DNA from: an uncultured Alphaproteobacteria bacterium
GTDB lineage: Bacteria; Pseudomonadota; Alphaproteobacteria; Rhizobiales; Rhizobiaceae
Assembly (NCBI GenBank): GCA_963820075.1
Contig: CAWFYS010000006.1
Coordinates: 637,736 to 701,735 of the forward strand
Direction: 5' to 3'
DNA: 64,000 nt
Position 1 is the first letter of the stretch, and each line of letters opens with the position of its first letter. The notes beneath the pieces are model-generated. The model did no database searches, was not told where the DNA came from, and was given only the letters and a program-made list of their open reading frames with translations. Both the position numbers and the translations under genes were made by a program. Positions 44,496 through 53,797 of this stretch are shown here, in pieces.

Positions 44496-44609
44496 GTGAA
44501 TGGTGAACGGTGAATGGTGAATGGAATATTTCCCGGAACGTGATCTGCGCCTGGCGCCTTCGTTGCGGCGCCTTGCCTGTTCACCGCTCGATATCCACCA
44601 TTCACCTCC
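44496..44609. repeat. Heptamer tandem repeat (GTGAATG)x4 with inverted partner
   Basis: GTGAATG GTGAACG GTGAATG GTGAATG at 44496-44523; complementary TTCACC and TCCACCATTCACC at 44580-44606. Confidence 0.7.
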
Positions 44610-44611
44610 TC

Positions 44612-46960
44612 TCAGTGCTTTGCCGCCTGCAGCGCCGCCCAGACCTTCTGCGGCGTTGCCGGCATGGTTATGTCGTTGACGCCGATCGCATCGGTTATGG
44701 CGTTGATGACGGCGGGCGGCGAGCCGATGGCGCCCGCCTCGCCGCAGCCCTTGATGCCGAGCGGGTTGCCGGGGCAAGGCGTGTTCGAGGTCGAAACCTT
44801 GAACGAGGGCAGATTGTCGGCGCGCGGCATGGTGTAGTCCATGTAGCTCGCCGTCAGCAGCTGGCCGCCGGCATCGTAATAGGCGCACTCCAGAAGCGCC
44901 TGGCCGACGCCCTGCGCGATGCCGCCGTGAACCTGTCCCTCGACGATCGCCGGATTGATGATATTGCCGAAATCGTCCGCCGCGACGAACTGCACTATGT
45001 CTGTGACCCCGGTTTCGGGATCGATCTCGACCTCGCAGATGTAGCATCCCGCGGGGAAGGTGAAGTTGGTCGGGTCGTAGAACGCGCCCTCCTTGAGGCC
45101 GGGCTCCATTCCAGCCGGCAAATTATGCGCGGTATAGGCGGCCAGCGCCAGTTGGAACCAGGGAACCGACTTGTCGGTGCCGGCGACTTTCAGAGCGCCA
45201 TTTTCGACGACGATGTCGCCCTCGTCGGCCTCCATCAGATGGGCGGCGATTTTCTTGGCCTTGGCCTCGATCTTGTCGAGCGCCTTGACGATGGCCGACA
45301 TGCCGACCGCGCCGGAGCGCGAGCCGTATGTGCCCATTCCCATCTGCACCTTGTCGGTGTCGCCGTGCACGATCGACACGCTGTCCAGCGGCACCCCGAG
45401 GCGATGCGAGACAAGCTGTGCGAATGTGGTTTCGTGTCCCTGGCCGTGGCTGTGCGAGCCCGTCAGCACCTCGATCGTGCCGACCGCGTTGACGCGCACC
45501 TCGGCCGATTCCCACAGGCCGACGCCCGCGCCGAGGCTGCCTACCGCCGCCGAAGGCGCGATGCCGCAGGCCTCGATGTAGCAGCTCATGCCGATGCCGC
45601 GCAGCTTGCCTCTGCTTGCTGCCTCCCCCCGCCGCACGGCGAAGCCGTCATAGTCGGCCGCCTGCATTGCCGCGTCGAGCGAAGCGCCGTAGTCGCCGGC
45701 GTCGTAACACATGATCACCGGCGTCTGGTGCGGGAAGCTCGTGACGAAGTTGGTCCGCCTGAGTTCGGCGGGGCTGACGCCAAGCTCGCGCGCGGCGGTC
45801 TCGATCGTACGCTCGACAAGATAGGTCGCCTCCGGCCGCCCCGCGCCGCGATAGGCATCGACCGGCGTGGTGTTGGTGTAGACCGTGCGCACATTGGCAT
45901 GGATCGCCGGTATGTCGTACTGGCCCGACAGCAGCGTGGCGTAAAGATAGGTCGGCACGGAGGACGAAAACAGCGACATATAGGCGCCAAGATTGGCAAT
46001 GGTGTCGACCTTGAGCCCGGTGATCCTGTTGTTCGCGTCGAAGGCCATCTCGACCTCCGACACATGGTCCCTGCCATGCGCGTCGGTGAGGAAGCTTTCG
46101 GTACGGTCGGCCACCCATTTTACCGGCACGCCGGTCCTCTTGGATGCCCACAGGCAGACGATTTCCTCGGGGTAGATATAGATTTTGGAGCCGAAACCGC
46201 CGCCCACGTCGGGCGCGATCACCCTGAGCTTGTTCTCGGGCGCGACATTGTAGAATGCGCTGAGCACGAGGCGGGCGACGTGCGGATTCTGCGAGGTGGT
46301 CCAGCAGGTGTAGTGATCCTCGCCCCGGTCGTAATGGCCGAGAGCCGCGCGCGGCTCCATGGCGTTCGGCACCAGCCGGTTGTTGTGGATCTTGATGCGG
46401 GTGACGTGCGCGGCCGCGGCGATCGCCGCCTCGGCGGCCTTGGCGTCACCAATTTCCCAGTCGAAGATCAGATTGTTGTCGGCCTCCGGATGGAGTTGCG
46501 GGGCTCCTTCCTTGATCGCCTCTGCCGCGATGATCACCGCCGGCCTTTCCGCGTAGGTGACCTCGACCGCCTCCGCGGCGTCGCGCGCCTGGGCTTTCGT
46601 GTCGGCCACCACCACCGCCACCGCCTCGCCGACATAGCGCACGCGGTCGACGGCCATCGGCGACCACGCGCCCATCTTCATCGGCGAGCCGTCCTTGGAA
46701 TGGATCATCCAGCCGCAGATGATATTGCCGATACCGTCGGCCTTGATTTCCCTGCCGGTCAGCACGCCGATCACGCCGGGCATGTCCCTGGCATTCGAAA
46801 CATCGACAGTCGTGATGTCGGCATGCGCATGCGGGCTGCGCACGAACGCGGCGTGCTTCATGCCGGGCACAACTATGTCATCGACGTAGCGGCCGGCGCC
46901 GGTGATGAAGCGCCGATCCTCCTTGCGCGCGACGCGGGCGCCAATTCCCTCGAAACCCAT
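44612..46960 (-). CDS. coxL: Molybdopterin large subunit, form II CoxL-like
   Basis: DVGGGFGSK, AYRGAGR active-site loop (form II, not AYXCSFR), GQGHET, KGCGEAG. Confidence 0.92.
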   Translation of the reverse strand: MGFEGIGARVARKEDRRFITGAGRYVDDIVVPGMKHAAFVRSPHAHADITTVDVSNARDMPGVIGVLTGREIKADGIGNIICGWMIHSKDGSPMKMGAWSPMAVDRVRYVGEAVAVVVADTKAQARDAAEAVEVTYAERPAVIIAAEAIKEGAPQLHPEADNNLIFDWEIGDAKAAEAAIAAAAHVTRIKIHNNRLVPNAMEPRAALGHYDRGEDHYTCWTTSQNPHVARLVLSAFYNVAPENKLRVIAPDVGGGFGSKIYIYPEEIVCLWASKRTGVPVKWVADRTESFLTDAHGRDHVSEVEMAFDANNRITGLKVDTIANLGAYMSLFSSSVPTYLYATLLSGQYDIPAIHANVRTVYTNTTPVDAYRGAGRPEATYLVERTIETAARELGVSPAELRRTNFVTSFPHQTPVIMCYDAGDYGASLDAAMQAADYDGFAVRRGEAASRGKLRGIGMSCYIEACGIAPSAAVGSLGAGVGLWESAEVRVNAVGTIEVLTGSHSHGQGHETTFAQLVSHRLGVPLDSVSIVHGDTDKVQMGMGTYGSRSGAVGMSAIVKALDKIEAKAKKIAAHLMEADEGDIVVENGALKVAGTDKSVPWFQLALAAYTAHNLPAGMEPGLKEGAFYDPTNFTFPAGCYICEVEIDPETGVTDIVQFVAADDFGNIINPAIVEGQVHGGIAQGVGQALLECAYYDAGGQLLTASYMDYTMPRADNLPSFKVSTSNTPCPGNPLGIKGCGEAGAIGSPPAVINAITDAIGVNDITMPATPQKVWAALQAAKH

Positions 46961-47099
46961 CGAAATTCTCCTCCCGAACCTCGAACTGAACTGAAAACGC
47001 GGCGTGCGGCGCGGCCTGGCCGGTCAAACCATCGATCGGCCGATGTCCTCGCGCGAACGGCGATTTCCGCTCATCAAACCCTGCACTCTTTCTCGACTC

Positions 47100-47594
47100 T
47101 CACGCGGCTTTCGACGCTCCGGCACTCTCGGACATTGCCCGAGACGCCGCCAATATCGACTTGACGATGTTGTGATAACCCGTGCACCGGCAGATATTGC
47201 CTTCAAGCTCGGCACGCACCGTCGCCTCGTCCAGCCCTTCCGGATGCCGGTTGATCATGTCGGCCGCCGACATGATCATTCCGGGGGTGCAAAAGCCGCA
47301 TTGCAGGCCATGGTTTTCCTTAAAGGCAATTTGGATCGGGTGCAGATCCGCACCGCCGGCCAGCCCCTCGATGGTCACGACCGTGGAGCCCGACGCCTGG
47401 GCGGCCAGAATGGTGCAGGATTTGACCGCCTTGCCGTCGACATGCACGACACAGGTTCCGCATTGGGATGTATCGCAGCCCACATGCGTTCCGGTAAGTC
47501 CCAGATTTTCCCTGAGGAATTGGACGAGCAGCGTGCGGTCCTCGACCGTCGCGCCGACCTTGCGCCCATTAACAGTTAGAGAAACGTCCGACAT
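47100..47594 (-). CDS. coxS: [2Fe-2S] small subunit (CoxS-like)
   Basis: [10 protein letters not shown]...[17 protein letters not shown]. Confidence 0.93.
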   Translation of the reverse strand: MSDVSLTVNGRKVGATVEDRTLLVQFLRENLGLTGTHVGCDTSQCGTCVVHVDGKAVKSCTILAAQASGSTVVTIEGLAGGADLHPIQIAFKENHGLQCGFCTPGMIMSAADMINRHPEGLDEATVRAELEGNICRCTGYHNIVKSILAASRAMSESAGASKAA

Positions 47595-47864
47595 GCTTGC
47601 CTGCCTCCCTCGGTAGGTATTCGGCGCGGGCCCCTTGGCGCCAACGATGCTCCGGCGGACGGCCGGATACATGATCCGGCGAGAATGCAGCCGACCCCGA
47701 AAACCGTATATTGTACTAAAGGCCAGCCGCAGCATTGCAAATGGACGGTCGGCATACAAGAATGGAATCAAGCAGCGTCAGCACGGCGCTATAACAACGA
47801 TGGGCGGGATAACACCAAGGGCGGGGCGGAAGGCCCTAACAATTTGGCGCGAGTCACTTCGAAG

Positions 47865-49019
47865 ATGAACTATGGCTGCGGACTGGCGGTGCTGAGCACC
47901 GACCGGCCCGACGCGGACGTGTTTGCTCGCGACGTCGCGCGGGAAGCGGCGCGGATGAAGGCCAGCTTCGCCCTGTTCTTCTTTTCGCAGGCTCTCGTCC
48001 AGGCATCGGCGCTATCGGCCGCGATTGCCCGCCACGCTCCGGGGCTGCACCATGCCGGCTGTTCGACGGCCGGCGAGATTACGCCATTCGGGCTGGAAGA
48101 AGGACAGATGCTGGCGATTCTGTTTCCTTCGCGAAGCTTCGCGGTCGCCAGCGCGATGATCCGCAACCTGTCGGGTTCGGGCATGGACAAGATCGCCGCC
48201 AATGTCGGCGCGCTGAGGCGCTCGCTGTCAAGGCGCGCCGGGCGCTCGCCCGCCGTCAATACCTTCGCGCTCTGCCTCATCGACGGCCTGTCCTTCGCCG
48301 AGGAATCGGTGACGTCGGCGATCCACTGGGGTCTCGACGACATACCCCTGATCGGTGGATCCGCCGGCGACGACCTCAAATTCGAAACGACGACGCTGAT
48401 CTGCGACGGCATCGTCGATAGCGACTGCGCGGTCGTGATACTGGTCGCGACCGACGTGCCGTTCCACGTATTCAAGACCGAGAATTTCGTCCCCACCGAC
48501 GAGAAGCTGGTGGTAACCTCGTCCGATCCGGACCGCCGCATCGTGCATGAGTTCAATGCCAGGGTCGCGGCGGAGGAGTTTGCCCTGGCGGTCGGCATCA
48601 TGCCGGACGCCCTCACCCCGTTCAGCTTCGCCTCCCACCCCGTCGTCGTGCGGGTCGGCGGCGAATATTACTGCCGCTCGATCCAGAAGCTGAACCCCGA
48701 CGGTTCCCTCTCCTTCTTTTGCGCAATCGACGACGGCATCGTTCTTTCCATTGCCCAGCCGACCGGAATGGTCGAATCGACGCGATCGGCGCTGCAGGAT
48801 GTCGCCGACAAGGTCGGCGGCATCGATGTCGCTCTCGGCTTCGACTGTGTTCTGCGCCGTGTCGATGCCAGGAACCGACAGGTGTTGCGCGAAATTTCCG
48901 ATCTGTACCGCATGAACAATGTCATCGGTTTCGGCACTTATGGCGAACAGTACCGCACAATGCACCTCAACCAGACGCTGACCGGCATCGCCTTCGGCCG
49001 CCGGCAAGCCGCCGAATGA
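47865..49019 (+). CDS. FIST N/C domain signal transduction protein (NosP-like); start uncertain
   Basis: GCSTAGEI, DGLS..EE, GGSAGDD, FFCAIDDG, FDCVLRR, GFGTYGEQ...HLNQTLTG. Confidence 0.9.
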   Translation: MNYGCGLAVLSTDRPDADVFARDVAREAARMKASFALFFFSQALVQASALSAAIARHAPGLHHAGCSTAGEITPFGLEEGQMLAILFPSRSFAVASAMIRNLSGSGMDKIAANVGALRRSLSRRAGRSPAVNTFALCLIDGLSFAEESVTSAIHWGLDDIPLIGGSAGDDLKFETTTLICDGIVDSDCAVVILVATDVPFHVFKTENFVPTDEKLVVTSSDPDRRIVHEFNARVAAEEFALAVGIMPDALTPFSFASHPVVVRVGGEYYCRSIQKLNPDGSLSFFCAIDDGIVLSIAQPTGMVESTRSALQDVADKVGGIDVALGFDCVLRRVDARNRQVLREISDLYRMNNVIGFGTYGEQYRTMHLNQTLTGIAFGRRQAAE

Positions 49020-49026
49020 CGCGCGA

Positions 49027-50367
49027 ATGCCGCTCCACGACATTAGTGACATCGAACGGCTGAAGAAGATCAACGCCGCGCTGATTTCGCGGGTCGAGCG
49101 CTCGATGGACCAGCAGGGCAATGCATTCACCCTGTTCCAGACGGCGATAAATCTCGAAAACCGCGTGCGCAGCCGCACCGAGGAACTGCGCTCCACTTTG
49201 CGCCGGCTGGAAGAATCCAACATAGGCCTTTACGCGGCGAAGGAGGCGGCGGAACTTGCGAACCGGTCGAAGACGCGCTTTCTGGCCGCCGCCAGCCACG
49301 ACGTTCTGCAGCCGCTCAATGCGGCCCATCTCTCCATCTCGGCGCTCGCCGAAACGCAGACTACCGAGGAGGGCCGCCGGCTGGTCGGCCAGGTCGAGCG
49401 GTCGCTGACGACGATCGGCAACCTGCTGCAGACGCTGCTCGACATATCAAGGCTCGACGCTGGGGTCGTGGAGCCGGACATCGCCGATATCGCGCTCGAA
49501 CCCTTGTTTGCCTCGATCAAATCCGACTTCCAGCCGCTCGCGGAACAAAAGGGCCTGAAATTCAGATTCCGCGCCGGCAATGCCATCGTACGCTCCGACC
49601 GGACGATGCTGAGGCGCATTCTGCAGAACATCGTTTCCAATGCCATGCGCTACACACGGTCCGGCGGCGTGCTGGTCGGCGCGCGCCGCCGCGGCGCGAT
49701 TGTCCGCATCGAGATCGCCGATACCGGCTGCGGCATACCGGCCGACCAGCATGAAGCAGTCTTCGAAGAGTTCCATCGCGGCGTCAGCCTCAGCCAAGGC
49801 GACATCGCCGGAGCCGGCCTCGGGCTCGGCCTGGCAATCGTGCGCCGCATGGCCGACACGCTCGGCCACGGTATCGGCTTCTCCTCGACTGTCGGACGCG
49901 GCACGGTATTCCGGCTGGACGTGCCGGCGGCGACGCCTCACAGCCTGCCCGCGGCGGCTGGCGCGAACGGGCCTGGGCACCCCCGCGCCTATGGCCTTTT
50001 CGGAACGAAGGTTCTGCTGATCGAGGACGATGCCGAGGTGTCGGCGACAATGGCAGGACTGCTCGGGCGTTGGCAATGCGTGGTGCGCGCCGCCGCCTCG
50101 TCGATCGAGGCGCTGCATGCGATCGGCGACACCGACTGGGTGCCCGACGTCGTCATAGCCGACCAGCATCTGGCGGACGGCGATCTCGGCAGCCACACCA
50201 TCGGCGACGTGAGATCCTATCTGGGCCGTGCCGTGCCGGCGCTGATCATCACCGGCGACAACTCGCCAGCGCTGGCGCAGGCCGCGCGCGCGGCCGGCAT
50301 CGAATTGATGCGCAAGCCGGTCAAGCCGGCCGAGCTTAGGGCGCTTCTCGCGCATCTCCTGGCTTGA
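49027..50367 (+). CDS. Soluble hybrid histidine kinase/receiver (NahK/ErcS-like)
   Basis: Coiled coil, KTRFLAAASHDVLQPL H-box, N/G boxes, C-terminal receiver; no TM segment. Confidence 0.92.
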   Translation: MPLHDISDIERLKKINAALISRVERSMDQQGNAFTLFQTAINLENRVRSRTEELRSTLRRLEESNIGLYAAKEAAELANRSKTRFLAAASHDVLQPLNAAHLSISALAETQTTEEGRRLVGQVERSLTTIGNLLQTLLDISRLDAGVVEPDIADIALEPLFASIKSDFQPLAEQKGLKFRFRAGNAIVRSDRTMLRRILQNIVSNAMRYTRSGGVLVGARRRGAIVRIEIADTGCGIPADQHEAVFEEFHRGVSLSQGDIAGAGLGLGLAIVRRMADTLGHGIGFSSTVGRGTVFRLDVPAATPHSLPAAAGANGPGHPRAYGLFGTKVLLIEDDAEVSATMAGLLGRWQCVVRAAASSIEALHAIGDTDWVPDVVIADQHLADGDLGSHTIGDVRSYLGRAVPALIITGDNSPALAQAARAAGIELMRKPVKPAELRALLAHLLA

Positions 50368-50539
50368 AGGGCGCATTTGCTTCCAAAGTACCGGGATTGC
50401 GGCGGAACACGACAGTTTGCTTGCCGAAACGGAGGCGCCGCGACCCAGCAACGCCGCCGGCGCGTTGTCCAGGCTGCGAACACACGGAAAGGCCGCGCCG
50501 TCCGAGAAACAGAATGATCCAATCCAACCGCAACTTGCT

Positions 50540-51418
50540 CTATTGGAGCAACATCCTTCTCATGTCTCCATATCGCAAGGAGACCGGGACGCCATCGATT
50601 GAAAGCTGCCGCGACTTCGCGCTGCCGACAAGATGAATGATATTGATGGCCTCGTGGGGTGGTGTAGGCGCTGTCAGCAGCCGGGTTTCCCGGTCAAAGC
50701 GAGGAATGCTGTGAAGCGCCAGCCAATTGTTGACGGCGCGCAGAGGACAAATTCGCAAGCGTTGTTGGTATATCAATCTGTGCAGCGGAATCTGATCCGA
50801 AAAAAACCGCTCCTTTTCAAAGATCAATCGATTTTTCACCTCGTCCAGGCTTTCTTTCCAGATTTTCCAAACAGGTGATGAGTAAAATGCACCGAATACG
50901 CCGGCATTGACCATGGGAAATCGTGAAAATTTATTCCTATCCTGCTCGCCAAACATTTGTTTATAAACAGAAAGCGTATAATTGTCCGGAAATTGGCAAG
51001 CAAAATAGTTTGGATCGATCTGGGGGTGGATCGACAGGTCGGCGACGCGCGCGGCTTGCGCGATTTCGTGAAGCCCGGCTTCCCGCTGAACCCACGTGTC
51101 GGCGTCGAGCCAGATATAAGTCTGATAGCCTGGAAAAAATTCCGGCAAGCGCGTCTTGACCGCAAGATAGGCGAGCTGGAACCCTTCGTTCGGCGTCAGC
51201 GCAAATTTATCGGTCGACACGGTCGCAAGAATGTCGGCTCGCGACACGACGGAATCTGGCGGCGGGACATCACCGACTTGAATGAAGCCGACCGTGAAAG
51301 TCCGGGACTTCATCGCTCGCAGTGACAGGAGAAGCTCCGCCGCCAACTCATAGTGGTTGGCGTCGCACCCAGTCACGACTATCGAATCCCGCAATATCCC
51401 GCCCCAGTCATCGGCCAC
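50540..51418 (-). CDS. Putative GT-A fold glycosyltransferase-like protein, lower GC
   Basis: IWLDADTW (DxD), VNAGVF, SDQ and IIHL pattern like GT8-type enzymes; visibly AT-rich. Confidence 0.65.
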   Translation of the reverse strand: MADDWGGILRDSIVVTGCDANHYELAAELLLSLRAMKSRTFTVGFIQVGDVPPPDSVVSRADILATVSTDKFALTPNEGFQLAYLAVKTRLPEFFPGYQTYIWLDADTWVQREAGLHEIAQAARVADLSIHPQIDPNYFACQFPDNYTLSVYKQMFGEQDRNKFSRFPMVNAGVFGAFYSSPVWKIWKESLDEVKNRLIFEKERFFSDQIPLHRLIYQQRLRICPLRAVNNWLALHSIPRFDRETRLLTAPTPPHEAINIIHLVGSAKSRQLSIDGVPVSLRYGDMRRMLLQ

Positions 51419-51421
51419 TGG

Positions 51422-52102
51422 CTAGAACCCTGCCTCGCGAAACAGGTCGGCATTGTCCAGCTTCGAGACCTCGATTACCGCCTGGGTACGGCTGTAGACG
51501 TTGAGTTTCCGCAGGATCTCGGAGACATGCGCCTTCACCGTCGTCTCGCCGACCTGCAGCTCGTAGGCGATCTGCTTGTTCAGCAGCCCCTGCCGCAACA
51601 TCTGCAGGACGCGAAGCTGCTGTGGCGTCAGCGTCGCAAGCCGCCGCACCATGTCGGCCCGGTCGGCGTTCTCCGGTTCAGGCGGGCGAGCGACATAGTT
51701 CTCGGGAACATAGACGGCGCCCTCCATGACCGTGCGGATCGCCGCGGCCAGTTCGTCCTTGCGCACCGATTTCGGGATGAAGCCGGCGGCGCCGTATGAC
51801 AGCGCCTCGGAGATGATCTTGGGCTCCTCATGGGCCGAGACCACGACGATCGGAAGGCGCGGATGGCGGGTGCGCAACTGCAGGAGACCTTCAAACCCAT
51901 GGACGCCCGGCATGCCGAGATCAAGCAGCGCGATGTCGAACGGCCGGGGGCCCGATAGTGCGTCCAGAGCTTCCGCGATGGAGCGGGCCTCCATGGTATC
52001 GACTTCGGGATAGGCCATGCGAACGGCGCTGTGCAGCGCCTCGCGAAAAAGCGGATGATCGTCGATGATCAGGAAGCGCGTCGCCTCGCTGCTCTGGCTC
52101 AT
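51422..52102 (-). CDS. NarL/LuxR family response regulator (ErdR/CrbR-like)
   Basis: IDDHPLFR, LLDLGMPG, FIPKS; LTPQQLRVL...GLLNKQIAYEL...TVKAHVSEILRKL HTH. Confidence 0.93.
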   Translation of the reverse strand: MSQSSEATRFLIIDDHPLFREALHSAVRMAYPEVDTMEARSIAEALDALSGPRPFDIALLDLGMPGVHGFEGLLQLRTRHPRLPIVVVSAHEEPKIISEALSYGAAGFIPKSVRKDELAAAIRTVMEGAVYVPENYVARPPEPENADRADMVRRLATLTPQQLRVLQMLRQGLLNKQIAYELQVGETTVKAHVSEILRKLNVYSRTQAVIEVSKLDNADLFREAGF

Positions 52103-52364
52103 GTCGTGCTCCGCCGCTGCATCATACTCGCGAGGCCTGCCGTCGAACGCTTTTCCCAAATAGACGGCGAACTCGAATTCCACAGAGTAGCGGCGTCCAG
52201 CCGAAGCGTCTATGCAGACGCCGAGCCTGGTCCAGCGCTTTGCGCAATCCGCAAAGGAGACATCCAGCATGACCGATTTCGTCTTTGCGCCGCCTGTGCC
52301 GCCTTCCGCCTCGGTGAGATCGACATCGCCATCGCGCAGAACCAGCCGTCCAGAGCGGCCGACT

Positions 52365-52454
52365 GGCAGGCACCGGAAAAGTGTCTCACGGTTTTCCGAC
52401 GGAAACCCGCGACAGGACAAAGGCCAAGCAGGCGAAGCGCGGCTACGTGCTTAG
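52365..52454 (+). repeat. MITE/REP-like repeat copy
   Basis: CCGGAAAAGTGTCTCACGGTTTTCCGACGGAAACCCGCGACA...AAGCAGGCGAAGCG...TGCTTAG; reverse complement of copy 52974-53079. Confidence 0.8.
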
Positions 52455-52939
52455 GCTTCGCGCTTGTGCCGGCGCTCGTAGAGCATGACCAGCGTGTCGG
52501 CGACGAGGGCCGGTCTCTCCTCGCCTTCGATCTCCATCGTGCTCGCGGCCTTCATCAGGTACCGGCCCGGGCCCTTATCCTCCATCGAGACGAGGGTCGT
52601 GCGCAGCCGGACCCGCGAGCCGGCCCGGACCGGAGCGATGAACCGCACGCGATCGATGCCATAGTTGAAGGCGCCCTGCGTATTGTCCGGCAGGATGCGC
52701 ATCTCCTGGATAAACGAACTGATCAGCGACAGCGTGAGATAGCCGTGCGCGATCGTGGTTCGCAGCGGGCTCTTGCGGCGCGCCTGCTCGACGTCGACGT
52801 GAATCCATTGCCTGTCGCCGGTGCATTCGGCGAACTGGTCGATACGCGCCTGATCGACCAGGACCCAGTCCGAAACGGCAAGCTCCTGGCCGATCAGGTG
52901 CCACAATTCCTCGAATGTCGGGGCGATCTCCCTCGGCAT
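52451..52939 (-). CDS. MaoC family dehydratase (NodN/PhaJ-like)
   Basis: FAECTGDRQWIHVD...TIAHGYLTLS hydratase motif, NYGIDRVRF. Confidence 0.92.
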   Translation of the reverse strand: MPREIAPTFEELWHLIGQELAVSDWVLVDQARIDQFAECTGDRQWIHVDVEQARRKSPLRTTIAHGYLTLSLISSFIQEMRILPDNTQGAFNYGIDRVRFIAPVRAGSRVRLRTTLVSMEDKGPGRYLMKAASTMEIEGEERPALVADTLVMLYERRHKREA

Positions 52940-52973
52940 CGCGTTCCCTCCGCTTGAGCAGTTCGGCGGTTAC

Positions 52974-53079
52974 CTAAGCAGACTTGCGTGGCTTCGCCCA
53001 CGCTTCGCCTGCTTAGCCTCCTGTTTCGTCGCAGGTTTCTGTCGGAAAACCGTGACACACTTTTCCGGAACCTGCTTAG
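52974..53079 (-). repeat. MITE/REP-like repeat, most complete copy (terminal inverted repeats CTAAGCA/TGCTTAG)
   Basis: Begins CTAAGCAG and ends CTGCTTAG; internal CGGAAAA-N11-TTTTCCG palindrome. Confidence 0.82.
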
Positions 53080-53161
53080 CCATTGCGGCGGCAGACGCAA
53101 CTCGGACGATCCGGCGCCGTTTGAACTGCCGCAAGACAAGTCCGAGAGGGGGCCGGCCGAG

Positions 53162-53267
53162 CAAGCAGGCCTGTTTGACCCTGCCTTTGCCTGGCCTGCT
53201 CAGCCTCTTGTTTTGTCGCAGGTTACCGCCGGAAAACCGTTGCTGCGCTTTTCCGAAACCTGCTCAG
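53162..53267 (-). repeat. MITE/REP-like repeat copy overlapping the phasin stop codon
   Basis: TGTCGCAGGTT...CGGAAAACCG...CTTTTCCGAAACCTGCTCAG, same orientation as 52974-53079. Confidence 0.78.
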
Positions 53268-53695
53268 CCCTGCTTTTCATAGCCCTTTCGGATCTCGTCC
53301 ATCGAATTGCGAATGCGAGCCCTCAGAATCTCAAGCGATTCGGCTCCTGATTTCTGCGCGATCTGGGCGACTTCGCTGGCGTTCTTGACCGCCTCCTCGA
53401 AAGAACGGCGTACGAATTCGGCATGCTTGGCCATCGCCTCCTGCGCTCCAGCCACGTTGCCGTAGCTCTGAGCTACCTCGGCGATTTCGCTCAACTGCTG
53501 CTGCAACGCCTCGCGCTGCTTCGCCAGGATCGAGGACGCGCCGGATGCGGTGGTGGAGGCCGATTTCTGAAGGGCGTCCAGGTTCTTTCGGTGATTGTCG
53601 AGGATTGTCTCGATATCAATCCTGGGCACCTTCAACGCGCGGCCAAAGCCGTCGAACATGTCCACCAAGGTTTCGGTTTCGGGTTTTTTTGCCAT
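53264..53695 (-). CDS. Phasin family protein
   Basis: DIETILDNHRKNLDAL...KQREAL amphipathic helical pattern of Phasin_2 proteins; RBS AAGGAGG. Confidence 0.8.
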   Translation of the reverse strand: MAKKPETETLVDMFDGFGRALKVPRIDIETILDNHRKNLDALQKSASTTASGASSILAKQREALQQQLSEIAEVAQSYGNVAGAQEAMAKHAEFVRRSFEEAVKNASEVAQIAQKSGAESLEILRARIRNSMDEIRKGYEKQG

Positions 53696-53797
53696 GGGGT
53701 CCTCCTTTTTCGCTCGGCCGAGAATAGGCTCCTATCACGACGCGTCAATTACAGGAGGAGGCGCAAGCCGCTGAAATTTCGGCGGCCGAACGAGCGC

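Noticed and set aside
44612-46960. Bona fide aerobic CO dehydrogenase (form I)
   Set aside because: Active-site loop is AYRGAGR, gene order is SLM, and no coxDEFG are adjacent.
44510-47164. 884-aa plus-strand ORF and similar long ORFs (27179-29509, 22415-24469, 6571-8082, 9890-11410, 60000-61721, 38562-40133)
   Set aside because: Antisense shadows of clear genes; high GC3 removes stops on the opposite strand and the translations have no motifs.
52365-53267. CRISPR array
   Set aside because: Repeats are ~100 bp, divergent, in mixed orientation and irregularly spaced; no cas genes.
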